Of a stretch of DNA of 55,930 nucleotides, positions 1 through 12,928 are shown piece after piece; position 1 is the stretch's first letter, and the number at the start of each line of letters is the position of its first letter. Made by a program: the position numbers and the translations under genes. The DNA lies in assembly GCF_001194135.2 (NCBI RefSeq), contig NC_068987.1, positions 96,573,545-96,629,474 of the forward strand. Direction: 5' to 3'. The DNA comes from Octopus bimaculoides. Lineage: Eukaryota. The notes beneath the pieces were generated by a model that had not been told where the DNA came from, made no database searches, and saw nothing but the letters and a program-made list of their open reading frames with translations.

Positions 1-1599
1 TCATGGCTTACGTTGGATTTGAAACCTAATAGTTTTAGTTACCAAACCTGCCTGACTATTCTAAAGGGTATACTAAAAATTAGATTTTTTTTCTTTTTTT
101 TCTTTTTTTCGGTCTAGTCCATATTATTTATTTAAGCTTGCTCTCATAATTATAATTTTTTTGGCTGGCGACTTCGTTGATATCTGTGTGTCATTTTTTT
201 ACTCTGAAAATGGGGGTTATCACCAATTTGTGCTCTATTGTGCCCTAAATACAGTGATATACCCCCCGAAATGGCCATAGGTGTTCTGCGTTTGTGTTCC
301 ACCTATACTCGTAATCCACTGTAAATGATGTTTATGGTTTGACTTTACTGATGTTACCTGCGGAATGGTGAAATATGGATTTTACTTTGCCACACTTTGG
401 ATGTTCTATTGTTGTTTTGTCCCGTGCGCTTCGGTATTCCTGTTTATGAAATTGGATTTTACCTACTAAATTTGCTGTCATGAGGGAGGTAGTTGAACTT
501 TCGTTCTATTTATCTTGAACTTTTTTTGGCTATTGGCCTCAGCGAATGAACTGTTGTGCTACGTTTCCCTATGTATTATTTTTTTCTCTATATTTTTTCT
601 ATATATATATATTTTTATTCTACTCTATTTGTACCGGTCTCTAACATTTTTAATCAACTTTTAATCGCAGTTTATTTATTTATTTATATTATTCTATTGT
701 ATTTTTAATCGATTTTTATTCTTATGTATAAAAATTTTGACCTCCCTTTACTAATTTGGTTTTGTGGTCTATGTTGTATTTCTTATATGTGGTCATTGGT
801 GGGCTACGGCTTTTTGAGTCGATGACCTAACAGTTTTATTGTGTAATTAACTTTTATATATATATAATAATTAAGAAGTACTGAAGGACAACCTCAGGAT
901 GCTGAACCTTTCAAATCAGATGACAAAGGACCAAGAGCATGGACAACAGATGTTAAATGATGATGATAATGTACTTTATTGTGTTTTGTTATGAGCATGA
1001 TACCCCAGTTAGTGGGAGAATTGCATTGCATGGAACTGGTCCATGAGACCACTGTTCTATTAGACAGAGGTGTGGTGTATCTAGAATGAAGGACTCAGAA
1101 TTGCACTTTGTCTGCCAACTCCCTATGGACATGGTATACATCTCTGATCAATCAGGGCAGATTTGGAACTAAACAACATCATCATCACTATCAACAATTC
1201 CATTAACAACAAGCGAACAAAAATATATGTAACTAAATACTGCACAGCATTCTGTCTGGTACTACTAATTATGACATCTATTAATAGAAATGATAACTTA
1301 AAGGGATGGACTAAATAACACAAGACATTTTATTCAAAGCTCTACTATGTTTTATCATCATCAATAATAATAATAATAATTTTTAATAGGCACACAACTA
1401 CACATTTTAAGAGAACAGTCAAACAAATCACCCAACACACAGACCACCACCCAATACTTAATCACTCTATTTTATCAACTTTGATGGGATTTGAACTCAG
1501 AACACAAAAGAAAGCAGTAAAATATAGAAATATATATATTTTGTCCAGCACTCTGCTTATTCTGCCATTCTCTTCCCCTACTGATAACAATTTCTAATA

Positions 1600-1764
1600 T
1601 AGGTGGTGATGATGATGAATGGTAATGATGATGATGGTAGTGGTGGTGGTGATGATGATGATGATGATAAATGACAGTGATGATTGATTGGAATGATGAT
1701 TAATGATGGCAATGAATGAAGATGAATTGCAGATGACTGAGACAAACATGAATGTATGTGTATG

Positions 1765-1804
<40 letters not shown>

Positions 1805-1922
1805 AGTGCACCATCCACCTATAAGATGACAGCAGTATAGACATGTATGAGTATGTGCACACACACGTGTGTGTGCACGCATGTATATGATAGCAGCATG
1901 CATGGAGTAATGAAGTGCAGTA

Positions 1923-1990
<68 letters not shown>
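1600..1990. repeat. Compound microsatellites (GAT/GGT, GT, AT)
   Basis: Direct reading. Similar tracts occur throughout, e.g. 9350-9470, 17100-17440, 30230-30295, 31240-31325, 38670-38905, 41900-42130, 43990-45060 and 55720-55930. Confidence 0.95.
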
Positions 1991-1991
<1 letters not shown>

Positions 1992-2115
1992 CTTAGTGAA
2001 ATGCAGGACAAATGGAGAAGGAAGGGTTAAGAATTAATAGGGGTTTCATTCCCAAGTGCAGGTGTTAAGTGATCCATTCCCTCTCCCCCAACAAACCTCT
2101 TCAGCCCCAGTGCCA

Positions 2116-2129
2116 GTTGCCATGGATAC
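2116..2129 (-). promoter_or_regulatory. Candidate RFX X-box
   Basis: Minus strand GTATCCATGGCAAC fits the GTHNYY-AT-RRNAAC consensus; it lies in a non-repetitive, GC-richer patch (about 2040-2330). Confidence 0.4.
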
Positions 2130-2754
2130 TGACCTGCGGGCTTACAGATGAATCATAGTTATGCCAGTTATTTACCGGTTTGTTTGTGCTTGTGTTCATA
2201 CATGTGCGTGAGTAGGATGCAGTTGTGCGTGGAGGAAAATCAAGTTGAGGAATGCAGGGGTGGGGAAAGAGCGTAACCCCTGCCTCACATTCACCTGCAC
2301 TCTCTTAATATTTCGCTATCCTTATTTTTCGCTTCAACACTTTAATGTTTGTCTACCATCTTTTACATGGCTGTCATTGTAGATGTTACTGGTTATATTT
2401 TTTACACTTAGTGAATTTTAGGCTAAATTATTGCTAATAATAAGAATAATAATCATAAATAAACACCCAAAATATTTTCTATTGAATTGTGTTTATATAC
2501 ACACACACACATTTAGACACATATGTACATGTGTACACACACACACACATACACATGCTTATGTACATACATGTATGTGCATGTACACACGCTTATGTAC
2601 ACATGTACACATGCTTATGTACATACATGTATGTGTATTAAATATTCAGATGTAGCACAATATTTTTCAAATATTGTATTTCATAGTTTATTAATATTTA
2701 TCTAAAAAATATTTTGTCATACAGGCATCTGTGCTGCAATGGTGATAAAAGATT

Positions 2755-3144
2755 ATTTATTATTATTATTGTTGCTGTTACTATTTTTTTCGGTTTTGTA
2801 TTTTCTATTATATCGATAGAACGAAACATGATGTGTGTGCAGTGTATAATAGTGTTATTTTCTGTATGTTCTGCATATTTCCAAGTCTTGGGGCTTTGGT
2901 AATGTATTTGTCTGTATGTTGTTTTTATCATTCCCAAGGCACCACTTATTTTTGAGAGTCTCTGTTTTCACTCCCTGCATTCTGATTATCTCGATTTCCA
3001 GATCTTTATATTTGGATAATTACTATATTTCTTTGAGAGATACAGTTTTGGTTTAGGTTTTAGCTTTTTTTCTTTACTCCCCACAAAAGCCTGTCATTTC
3101 AGTTGGAGATATGTACCTTTTGATTTCCTGGAAGGCAAAACAGG

Positions 3145-3179
<35 letters not shown>

Positions 3180-3810
3180 GAGCTATTCATATCAGTTTTC
3201 CATTGTTGTTTACTAGATATTTTTGTAGTCCTACTGTAGGTATTTTGTAATACTTTTCAAGTTGCATAAGACCTCTATCTCTCTGCATTTATGGTAAATA
3301 TAATCCTTCTACATTAGGTTTTGAGTGGTGCATTCTAAATGTAGTCATTATTTTTCTTACATTTCTCCCTTACCTTACGAGTTCATTTGGTATCCAACTA
3401 AGAATATTATAACAATAAATTACAGAGGCTGCTAGAAAACTGATACTCATTACTTTTCTTTTTGCCTTTACCTCCATTTTAGTAATTAATATCAGGCATC
3501 TATAATATCCCATCCAAACCTTTTATTTCATTTATGTGTGCTGTACTCTGTCTTATTCAATGATTCGTCACATGATATTCATGTTCTTAATTTTACTTTC
3601 TTGAAGGTTGTCTTAGCACACTTCTCTAATCCAAATATGTTATGAATTTTATTAGTAAGTTTGTGTACTGCCTGCAATAGTGTTTCTAGTTTATTGATCA
3701 GTAGCAGCATGCAATTTGAGATCATCTGTATGTGACAACAGATGGTAATTGTCCTCTTATAGCATTTGTATCCAAGTCCAGTCTCATTTAACATATTGGT
3801 TAAGGGTGTT
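2755..3810 (-). mobile_element. R4/Dong-like non-LTR retrotransposon, degenerate RT plus restriction-like endonuclease 3' portion
   Basis: LNETGLGYK...(YMDD region decayed)...LETLLQAVHK...FGLEKCAK (3579-3794); KYKDLEIEI.RM and GALGMIK motifs near 2920-3020; 3' end runs into (TAA)n; many stops and deletions. Confidence 0.75.
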
Positions 3811-4060
3811 TAATGTCAGGTAGAAAAAAATTGCAGAAAGGAAGTCTCAAAGAAACTACTAAAGAAACCTTTATTATTATTATTATTATTATTATTGTTG
3901 TTGTTGTTGTTATTATCATTATTATAAAGGCGGTGAGTTGGCAGAATTGTTAGCATGGTGGATGAAATGCTTAGTGGTATTTCATCTGCCCCTATGTTCT
4001 GAGTTCAGATTCCATAAAGGTCGACTTTGCATGTCATCCTTTCAGGGTCGATAAATTGTC

Positions 4061-4503
4061 TTCTTCAGGTTCAAAATAAGACAAAAATAATGAAAATTCA
4101 CAGAAATACAGAAATTCAAAGTTTCAATTGGCATATCCTGCATTCTTTCCTAGACAAAAAGACATCATCAAATTCCATCCTTTTTGTAACTGGTTAAAAC
4201 AAGAAAAAAGAAAAAAGACAAAAAGAAGAAAGAGAACGCTAAGTCAAAAAGTTTTGTATAAATCTGATGGAATTCTCTTTCATTCATTTCTCCAGAGTAT
4301 GGTGCTAGTAGCAAGCAGATGTATACAAAACGTTTTGGTAAACTATTCTTTTTACTCTTTTTTATATTTTCATTTTATTAATCAGTTACAAATGCATGAA
4401 ACTTTGACATCTTTGTCAAGGTAAGAATATGAGATAGTTCAGGTGAAATTTTGAATTTCTACATTTCTGTGTACTTTTTGTTTTTCATTTTGAACCTGAA
4501 GAA
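4061..4503. mobile_element. Foldback/MITE-like element with about 110-bp imperfect terminal inverted repeats
   Basis: TTCTTCAGGTTCAAAAT at 4061 is the exact reverse complement of 4487-4503, and the arms continue to match imperfectly. It interrupts a SINE at 4060. Confidence 0.7.
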
Positions 4504-4813
4504 AACAGATGTACTGTCAAATTATTGTTAGGTTCAATAAATGAAGTCGATATGTGTTTTATTACATATCATGTCATGCTTTTCTAATTGACATAACCCT
4601 TCATAAAGGGTTATGTCAATCTTCATAAATTATTATGATTGTTATTATTATTATTCAACAGCGATAACATACTGATTAGAAAAAGAGAACCGAAAAGAAA
4701 TAGAAGGAAGAGAACAAAAAAAAATAATGCATTTAAAAAATGAAAAAGAGACAAAGATAAAGAAAACATGAAATTAAGAGGCAAAATGGGAAGAACACAT
4801 AAAGGTGACTTAC

Positions 4814-4984
4814 GTTTGAGTCCATGTCGAAGAACATGTTCTAGAACAACAAAGAACTGTTGCAGAGGTACATGGTCATCATCTAGCATTCGACCATGAG
4901 ATAATGAGGAGTCAATCAGTTCCTTGATAATTAATTTGGACACGTTAAGTAGGTTGGCCCGTTCTATAGTCCGTGGGTCTCGTC
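4814..4984 (-). CDS. RUFY: RUFY-family gene, internal coding exon (start of RUN domain), phase 1-1, 171 bp
   Basis: Translates to (G)[56 protein letters not shown], closely resembling the RUFY1/2/3 RUN-domain start ([38 protein letters not shown], from recall). Polypyrimidine acceptor ttttctttatctttttatcattgcag at 4985 and donor gtaagt at 4813. Confidence 0.95.
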
Positions 4985-7554
4985 CTGCAATGATAAAAAG
5001 ATAAAGAAAATCATTACAAAGATTATTCAAATAGTTCAAAATCTTACAATCCTCCTCCTCCTCCTCATTTTGCATCTGGATTCCAAGCTGGCATGGATTG
5101 GATGGTTTGACAGTGTCTGACAAGTAAGAGGACTGTGTCAAACTCTAGTATCTGTTTTAACATGGTTTCTATGGCTGTATGCCCTTCCTAATGTCAACCA
5201 TTTTACAGAGTGTACGAAGTGCTTTTTTATGTGGCACCAGTGAGGTTACCAAGTAGTTTGCAAGACCCCTTGATTGAGGGGTGTGTAATATAAAGGTGGG
5301 TTATGCCAGGTGTTGACAAGCAAGAATATGATAGAGGGATAAGAACAGGTGTCTTGCTGCAGAAAAGATACACGGCTCCTCCAGTTAGAAAAAGAGAGAA
5401 GATGGTGGTGATAAGATATCAGGACATATTTCAATGTACAAGAGGGTGAATGTTAAGGTGAAGGGTATTGGGAACAGAGAAACAGGTGAGTGGGATAAGG
5501 GCAGATGATGTTTGCACAGAGGTATTGAATTTAGAGATGGATATATCTTTTGATGTAGAAACAGCAGAGAGGATAATCAATAAGTGTAAAAGAGTGTATT
5601 TATTCATTCAAAGCTCATATTTTTCCTGTGGGTTTCTCACTTTAGAGCATTCATTTAGGTGACACTTCTTTTTGTTGCCTAAAGGAATGCACAAAAGTGC
5701 AAGACACAGCAGCAACAGAGAGAACCATTAACGCCAAACACAAATATATTTACAAATAATAATGGTTTCTAAAATTGGTACATAAAAAGACAATTTTTTT
5801 ACCAGATTTGGCATAAGGCAACATTATATAATGAGTCCGTCCTTTTCTAACAAAGTAGGCAATGGAGAAGGATTTAAGGGGAATTTAGCAGCTATTTCTA
5901 GCAGGTTGAGTAACTGAGCGGAGGCTCCCACATTGTCTTGAGGCTTAAGTAGGTATTACAGCATGGTATAGCAGACTGCAGTAAGCAGAGCTACAACTGT
6001 GCAATATCATGAATGTTTTGTTGTCCTACTGACCTTAGGTTACTTTCTCCTGCAGGAAAATCCATCTGCAACAGACAGGCATCTGATACAGAGTGATTTA
6101 TTTCTAATCTATATAATGAGTGTTAGAGATCACAATATATTTCAGTTATGCACATTCAAGTGGCTTTTTCTGACAGGGAAGCATATATAATAGCATGTAT
6201 ATGAGAGAGAGATAGAGAGAGAGAGTGTGTGTAACAAAATATGGGTGAAAATACAGATGAATGGTTAAGAAGTCTGCTTTACAATCAAGAGATCCTGAGT
6301 TTGGTCACTCGTGCTCGACTGGTATTTTATTTTAACAACCCAGAAAGATCACAAGAAAATTTAACCTTGATGAGTTATGGATTCAGAACATAAAGAGCAT
6401 AAAAACTGTAAGGCTCGTTAATGATTCTGCCAAACCAAAAATATTAGCGGAAATCTCAGTTGATTTTTATCAATATCAATACATGATTGGTACTACTTCT
6501 TTTAACTCCTGAAAGTAAAGTGTACACTCATCACCAATTGGATTTGATCTCAGAAGATACAAGTAAATAAGTATTGAATGTCAGACATTGACCACTATCA
6601 TTCAGAGGGGAAACTATAAATGCATGAAAATAACGATAACCAGAAAGTGGGGACTGAAAACAGAAACATTCCACCTAATGATTGAGAAGGATTTAAAAAT
6701 TATGCATTTGTAATAATAAGCGCAAAATTCTGTCTATCCATCTGGGACCCCTGTATCTCAGTCTACATTTGCTCTACATAGACATATACCTTTTTGAAAT
6801 CAGGATGATCCCAGGATTGAAAATTTGCTATTCATTTGGTTCTTGAACATCCAGCATTGGGATCAGGTCTGGATGAGGATTTGTTGTATGCTAACAGTTG
6901 AAAATTCAAATTTTAAAAGAACTCCAAAAATTTGTGATCTTACAAGTTTTTCATTTAAACTGAATTTAAAATAATACAATATTGGTGGGATAATACCATA
7001 TTGGTAGGGTACCAATAAATGCTTTATTATAATTGCTCTCTTAAATTTTGGGCTGCAGGCCCAATTATCCCTCCACAGAAGCTAGTATAAAAGACTACAT
7101 GGAGTGCAGCTTTGAAACTAATATACAATAATCTAAATCTTCAGATTCATACACAACATACAGAAAAAAAAGCACACCTAGGCACACATGCATATTACAT
7201 GGAGTATTTTCAATAGTCTGTGTAATATGTGTGTTTTTTTTTCAAGAGGTAAAAACACTGCATGAACCCAAGGCATGAACCCAAGGCACACATATGTACT
7301 CGGTTGTACTATGAAGACACACAATAACGATAAGACAATATTGATTTCAAATTTTTGCCACAAGGGTAGCTTGTGGGAGAGGATTAAGTCGATTACATCA
7401 ACCCCAGTGTTTCACTGGTACTTAATTTATCGACCCTGAAAGGATGAAAGGCAAAGTCGACCTTGGCAGAATTTGAACTCAGAATGCAGTGACTGGCGAA
7501 ATACCGTTAAGCATTCCATCCAGCGTGCTAACGATTCTGCCAGCTTGCTGCCTT

Positions 7555-7587
<33 letters not shown>

Positions 7588-8430
7588 AATAATATAAAAG
7601 CTCTTTGATAAAAATATAGATGATCTCTTCCACATGCTCCAGCATTAAATATAACTTCCTTAATAGTGTCAGGTAAACTGAAAATGCACCTGATGAAACT
7701 AGAACACTCCCTTTCTCTCTTTCTCTCTCTCTCTCTCTCTGACATACACAGACACTTATTTCAAGTGTTTCCTAATTAGTTTATGTTATATGTTCCACAT
7801 CAGTTCAACAAGAATCTATTTTCCATTACAGAAACCAATTTCCAAAGTATTAATTTCTCATATGACCCTCTTACCATTATAACAACCAGTGCAATGACAT
7901 CATCACTATCATCACTATCATCATTAACACCATTGTGATTGTCAATGATTTCCGGCAACAGAAGAGCTCTAGTTTTCTGGAACTTGACACCACAGATTTT
8001 ATCATGATTGTAGTGCTTCTTCTGAGGAAATTCTCATTTTGTTTAGCACATCCCCACCAATTGTTGCTGCTTTCCCAGTTATATGAAACTGGCAAGTAAT
8101 TATATTAATCTATTGATCCATTCATTATTCCAAGGAAAAGGGACAATCATCATCATCATCATAACATTCACTTTTCCATGATTGCTTGGGACAGACAGAC
8201 TTTGTTGAGGTGGATTTTCTATGGCTGGTTGCACTTCCTGTTACGAACCATCATGTGTTTCCAAATAAGGTAATAATTCTCCATGACCAGACATATTTTC
8301 ACAGAATATCGGAAACTAAGGACACTGCTTGTATGACAGCGACGCTTGTCTAAGTCTATCAGATGATGTCAAGGAAAGGCAATAGTAATACACACACACA
8401 CGTGTATGGGTAGTGTGTGAGAGTATATAT

Positions 8431-8818
8431 TCTTCTATTTGTTTCAGACTGTGGCCATGCTAGAGCACCGCCTTTAGTCAAACAAATTGACCTCAGAACT
8501 TATTCTTTATAAGCCCCAGTACATATTCTATCGAGTTCTTTTTGTCAAACCGCTAAGTTACGGGAACGTAAACACACCAGCGTCGGTTGTCAAGCGATGT
8601 TGGTGGGGGGACAAACACAGACACACAAACACGCATGTATATATACATATACATGACAGGCTTCTTTCAGTTTCCGTCTACCAAATCCACTCACAAGGCT
8701 TTGGTTGGACCGAGGCTATAGTAGAAGACACTTGCCCAAGGTGCCATGCAGTATGACTGAACCTGGAACCATGTGGTTGATAAGCAAGCTACTTACCACA
8801 CAGCCACTCCTGCGCCTA
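8431..8818 (-). mobile_element. tRNA-derived CORE-type SINE, near full length, with internal TA/TG microsatellite
   Basis: Head gcaggagtggctgtgtggtaag (A box) and ggttcagtc (B box), then a ggcaccttgggcaagtgtctt CORE-like block. Further copies near 9480-9780, 12735-12900, 21950-22090, 29030-29250, 29890-30045, 30295-31240, 31875-32080, 32500-32620, 39660-39850, 45965-46120, 47990-48215 and 55215-55335. Confidence 0.8.
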
Positions 8819-8839
8819 TATAAATACATCTATATATAT

Positions 8840-9265
8840 ATGAGAAGTCAAAAATTATCCACACTTATGGCATAATGTATCTTTGTTATTGTCACACTGC
8901 TTTCAGTGCATGCAGTCGGTACTATTGTGGTCACATGATCGAAGTTCAAGCCGGGTCACACCATTTTTCTTTCTGGCTTTATAGTGTAAGCATGGCCACT
9001 CCACTAGGAATGTGCACCAAAGAAGAACAAAGAGAAATGATCCAATTTCTCTGGTCGGAATGTGTGTCAGGTGTCAAAATTCATTGGAGGCTGTTAGCAC
9101 AATACAGGGACAGTGCACTACCACGTAGAAGTGTGTATGCGTGGATTGAGAAGTTTTAAATGGCCAGACAAAAATGACGCATGAAGAGGGAGCAAGACAC
9201 CTGTCAGCCTCCACTGCTGACAAGAAGATTCAGCAAGCTCAAGAGATGGTAATGGTGAACTGGTT
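8840..9265 (+). mobile_element. mariner transposon 5' fragment (HTH region)
   Basis: CTKEEQREMIQFLWSECVSGVKIHWRLLAQYRDSALPRRSVYAWIEKF, then frameshifted NG(R)...HEEGA(G)(R)PS, typical of the mariner N-terminal HTH. Confidence 0.85.
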
Positions 9266-9415
9266 CACCATTATCTCAGATCACTGCTCTTTATCCTTCT
9301 TTGGTGCACATTGCTAGTGGAGCAGCCATGCTTACACTGTAAAGCCAGAAAAAAGAAATGACACTATCTATCTATCTATCTATATATATATATACACACA
9401 CACACACATATACAT

Positions 9416-9446
<31 letters not shown>

Positions 9447-10336
9447 CATACACACACACATATATAATTGAATAAGACCTGTCTAGACTGGTCGTGTGCA
9501 TACGTGCATATATATGTATGTATACATTTGTATATGTAAGTATTCGTATGTTGTGGGACTGAACCCGGAACCATGTGGCTGGTAAGCAAGCTACTTACCA
9601 CAGAGCTACACACACACACACACACATATATATATATGAAACACTACTTCCCATTTCCATCTATGAAATCCACTTAAGGCTTTGGTTGGCCTAAGGCTAT
9701 AGTAAAAGACACTTGCCCAAAGTGCCACATAATGGGACTGAACCCCAAACCATATGGTTGGGAAGCAAACTTCTTCCATATGAAGTATATGTAGTATTAT
9801 AAGATCCAAGTTAGTAGTGTCTTTGGAAAGGTTTGGAAATTTCCAAAGGGAAATAGTTCTGAGAAAAAAATATAAGGAGAACATTTAGTTCAAGGTATGG
9901 AATGTAACAACATAGTTTTGACAGGTGGAGGGGAGGTAGGAAAGCAAGTAGAGGCATCAGCTGGGTATATTTTGGAGGAATTAGAGACTGGTGTAAGAGT
10001 AGAAGATGGATAAGCTACAAAAAAATGATGATTTCCCACTGAATTGATGATGTTTTTGTGGGGGCAAAGACTAAGATACAAAAGAGGAGGATGTAAATAG
10101 ACAGGCAGACAGTAAAAAAAGAAGAAAAAAGACAGGTAAATGGGTACATTATCCATGCTATGAAAGTAGTATCACAAAGTCAGACATGTCTGGTTTTTGA
10201 TAAAGCGCTAACACTGCATTATGTCTGCCACTCAAGTGCTTAACTTTAACTGGTCCAGTCCACCTAGTTGTAAATATGTACTACTGTGTGCAATAGTATT
10301 AACAACAGTAAGAACATTAGTAATATTGGTATCAAA

Positions 10337-10777
10337 TTAAGGCGGTGAGCTGGCAGAAACATTAGCATGCTGGGCGAAATGCTTAGCAGTATTTTGTCTG
10401 TCTTTACATTCTGAGTTCAAATTCTGCTGAGGTCGACTTTGCCTTTCATCCTTTCGGGGTCAATAAATTAAGTACCAATTGCGTACTGGGGTTGATCTAA
10501 CCGAGTGGTCCCCTCTCCCAAAATTTTTGGGCCTTGTGCCTAGAGTAGAAAAGAATATTGGTTTCAAATTTCAGCACAAGGCCATCGGTTTTGAGGGAAA
10601 GAGCAAAGCTGATTAAATCGACCCCAGTGCTCAACTGGTACTTATTTTATTGACCCTGAAAGGATGAAAAGCAATGTTGGATCTTGACAGAATTTGAACT
10701 CAGAATGTAAAGATTGATGAAACGCCACCAAGCATTTTGCCTTGCATGCTAATGATTCTGTCAGCTTGCTGCCTTAA
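10337..10777. mobile_element. Tail-to-tail inverted pair of tRNA-derived SINEs (Meta-domain-like family)
   Basis: Plus copy about 10341-10560 (aaggcggtgagctggcagaa...gagttcaaattc...gaggtcgactttgcctttcatcctttcggggtcaataaattaagtacca) followed by a minus copy about 10565-10773. The same family occurs at about 1380-1580, 3927-4060, 7360-7555, 12040-12400, 16095-16480, 42140-42290 and 49810-50830. Confidence 0.8.
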
Positions 10778-12891
10778 ATAACGTTACTATTATTGATATC
10801 AAACGTAGGAACAAAGCCATATTATAGCCGAAGGAACAATCAATTGGACTAAAATTAGACTTATACTTACTCTATTTCCTACAGGAAGATGAAAGGTAAA
10901 ATTGACCTCAATGTCTTTTACTAATCAACAGTCATATTAAGAATTTTATCACCTTATAATACTCATTAAACTTTACAAATGGATATAGTTTGTACTGGGA
11001 CAATCTTTATGAAGCCCACATGCCCTAGATACACTACTTAAAGACAGAGTTTTTACAGGTGTCCATATGACCTAACAGGTTAAGAGATGCACTAAAGGGT
11101 TACAAGCTGTTCTCGACTGAAATAGGTTTTAATTCTAAAGAAGAAACTTTTGTGGTCTTGGCCATGTGGAGAATGAAGACCCTGCACAAGAGGTTGATAT
11201 TTCACATCTGTAAGAAGTGTACAAGCCCTGAATGTGTGTCTAATGTTGTTGCTTAGCACAAGGTCAGCCAGGGTCAAGCAGAACTATGAACAAAGGCATT
11301 CCAGTAACAGTCATTATGTCTTTTTAATATGTCCAGAGCTACATTATCCAATGTGTCTCTCGTTTTTCTTTAAGACATTACATTTAATTAATAGCATATT
11401 TCCAGTAGGTCAAGAAACCACATAGAGCAGTGATTTGAGAAACCTTTAGAATCATCATCATCATTTAACATCTATTTTCCATACTGACATGAGTTGGACA
11501 ATTTAACAGAATGCAGCAAGCTGCAGAGATGTGTCAAACTCTAATGTCAACTTTGACATGGTTTCTACAACTGGATACCCTTCCTCATGCCAACCACTTT
11601 ACAGTGTGTACTGGGTGCTTTTTTTTTCCATACCACAGACATTAGTGAGAATACAAAGTAACTTGTGAGGTAAAAAGAGAACAGGAGAACCAGAATACCT
11701 GTAGGAGTGCTGAGAAAAATAATAATCTTTAATTCTGCAAATCATAGATGTGTAACTTATATCAATAGATGTGTAACTTATACTAAATAACTGCTTTGAA
11801 CTTCAGGCTTAACCCTCTTTCTCATGAGCATTTTAAAATTTTATCAGCTAACAATTTCAAATCTGAATGCAGGTTAAATATTACCTTCAGGTAAAAGGTT
11901 CCTCATTCCTGTTTAAGACTATTCTGGGTTTGTTTCATTCAGACAATAAGTGTCTGAGAATTCAGGATGTTAAATCGACTGGCCCCCATCCCCAAAATTT
12001 CAAGCCTTTTGCCATAGTAGAAAGGATTTAGCACACCAGGTGAAATGCTTAGCAGTATATCAACTGTTGCTACATTCTGAGTTCAAATTCCACCGAGGTT
12101 GACTTTGCCTTTCCTCCTTTCGAGTTTGATAAATTAAGTACCAGTCACATACTGGAGTCTATGTGATTGATTGTCTCCTCCTCCCACCACAAAAATCCAG
12201 GCCTTGCACCTATAGCAGAAAGGATTATTATTAAGGGTGGTGAAGTGGTAGAATCATTGTTGGTCAAAATGTGCTATACTATTTGCCCTTCTCTCTACAT
12301 TCTGTGTTCAAATCCTACTAAGGTCAACATTTTCGCCTTTCATACTCTTCAAAGGCTGGTAAAAAAAAAAAAAAAAAAAAAAAACTAGCAACAAGTACAA
12401 GAATTGACTAATACCCTCAATTCAAATATGTGGTTTTGTGCCTATGTTAGAAGTAATTACAGAATAGTGGGTTGGCAGAATTGTTAAAACAGAATCCCAA
12501 GGTAAAAAACAAGCCAGTGGAATGATTAGAACGAGCATTGCAAAATTAACAAGTATTTTAGTGCAAATCATACACAAAACAATTTTTCGAAATTTAGATA
12601 AGTTGATTTAATCGAAGTATTTAGATTTGTCTCATATCGTATTTTTTGAGTTCAAGTTCTTTTAATGTTGATAAAATTAACACTAAGTATGTACTGTCAC
12701 CTCATGTCAATATATAAAATAAAAAAATCGATATGCAGGTATGGCTGTGTGGTTACGAAGCTTGCTTTGTAAAACGTGGTTTGAAGTTCAGTCCCATTCA
12801 ATGGCATTTTAGGTACATGTCTTCCACTCTAGCCTCAGGCTGACCAATACCTTGTGAGGGAATTCGGTAGACAAAAACTAGGTTGAAGCCC

Positions 12892-12928
<37 letters not shown>

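Noticed and set aside
150-720. Mitochondrial insertion (NUMT) suggested by a T-rich hydrophobic frame
   Set aside because: No recognisable mitochondrial protein motifs, and TAA/TAG stops remain under the invertebrate mitochondrial code.
1578-2705. ORFs rich in HT/YI/CV or poly-His runs (and similar ORFs across the window)
   Set aside because: Translations of (CA)n/(TA)n/(GAT)n microsatellites; no coding signature.
4623-5141. The 172-aa ORF as a complete single-exon gene
   Set aside because: Only 4814-4984 is RUFY-like and bounded by splice sites; the rest is intron read-through.
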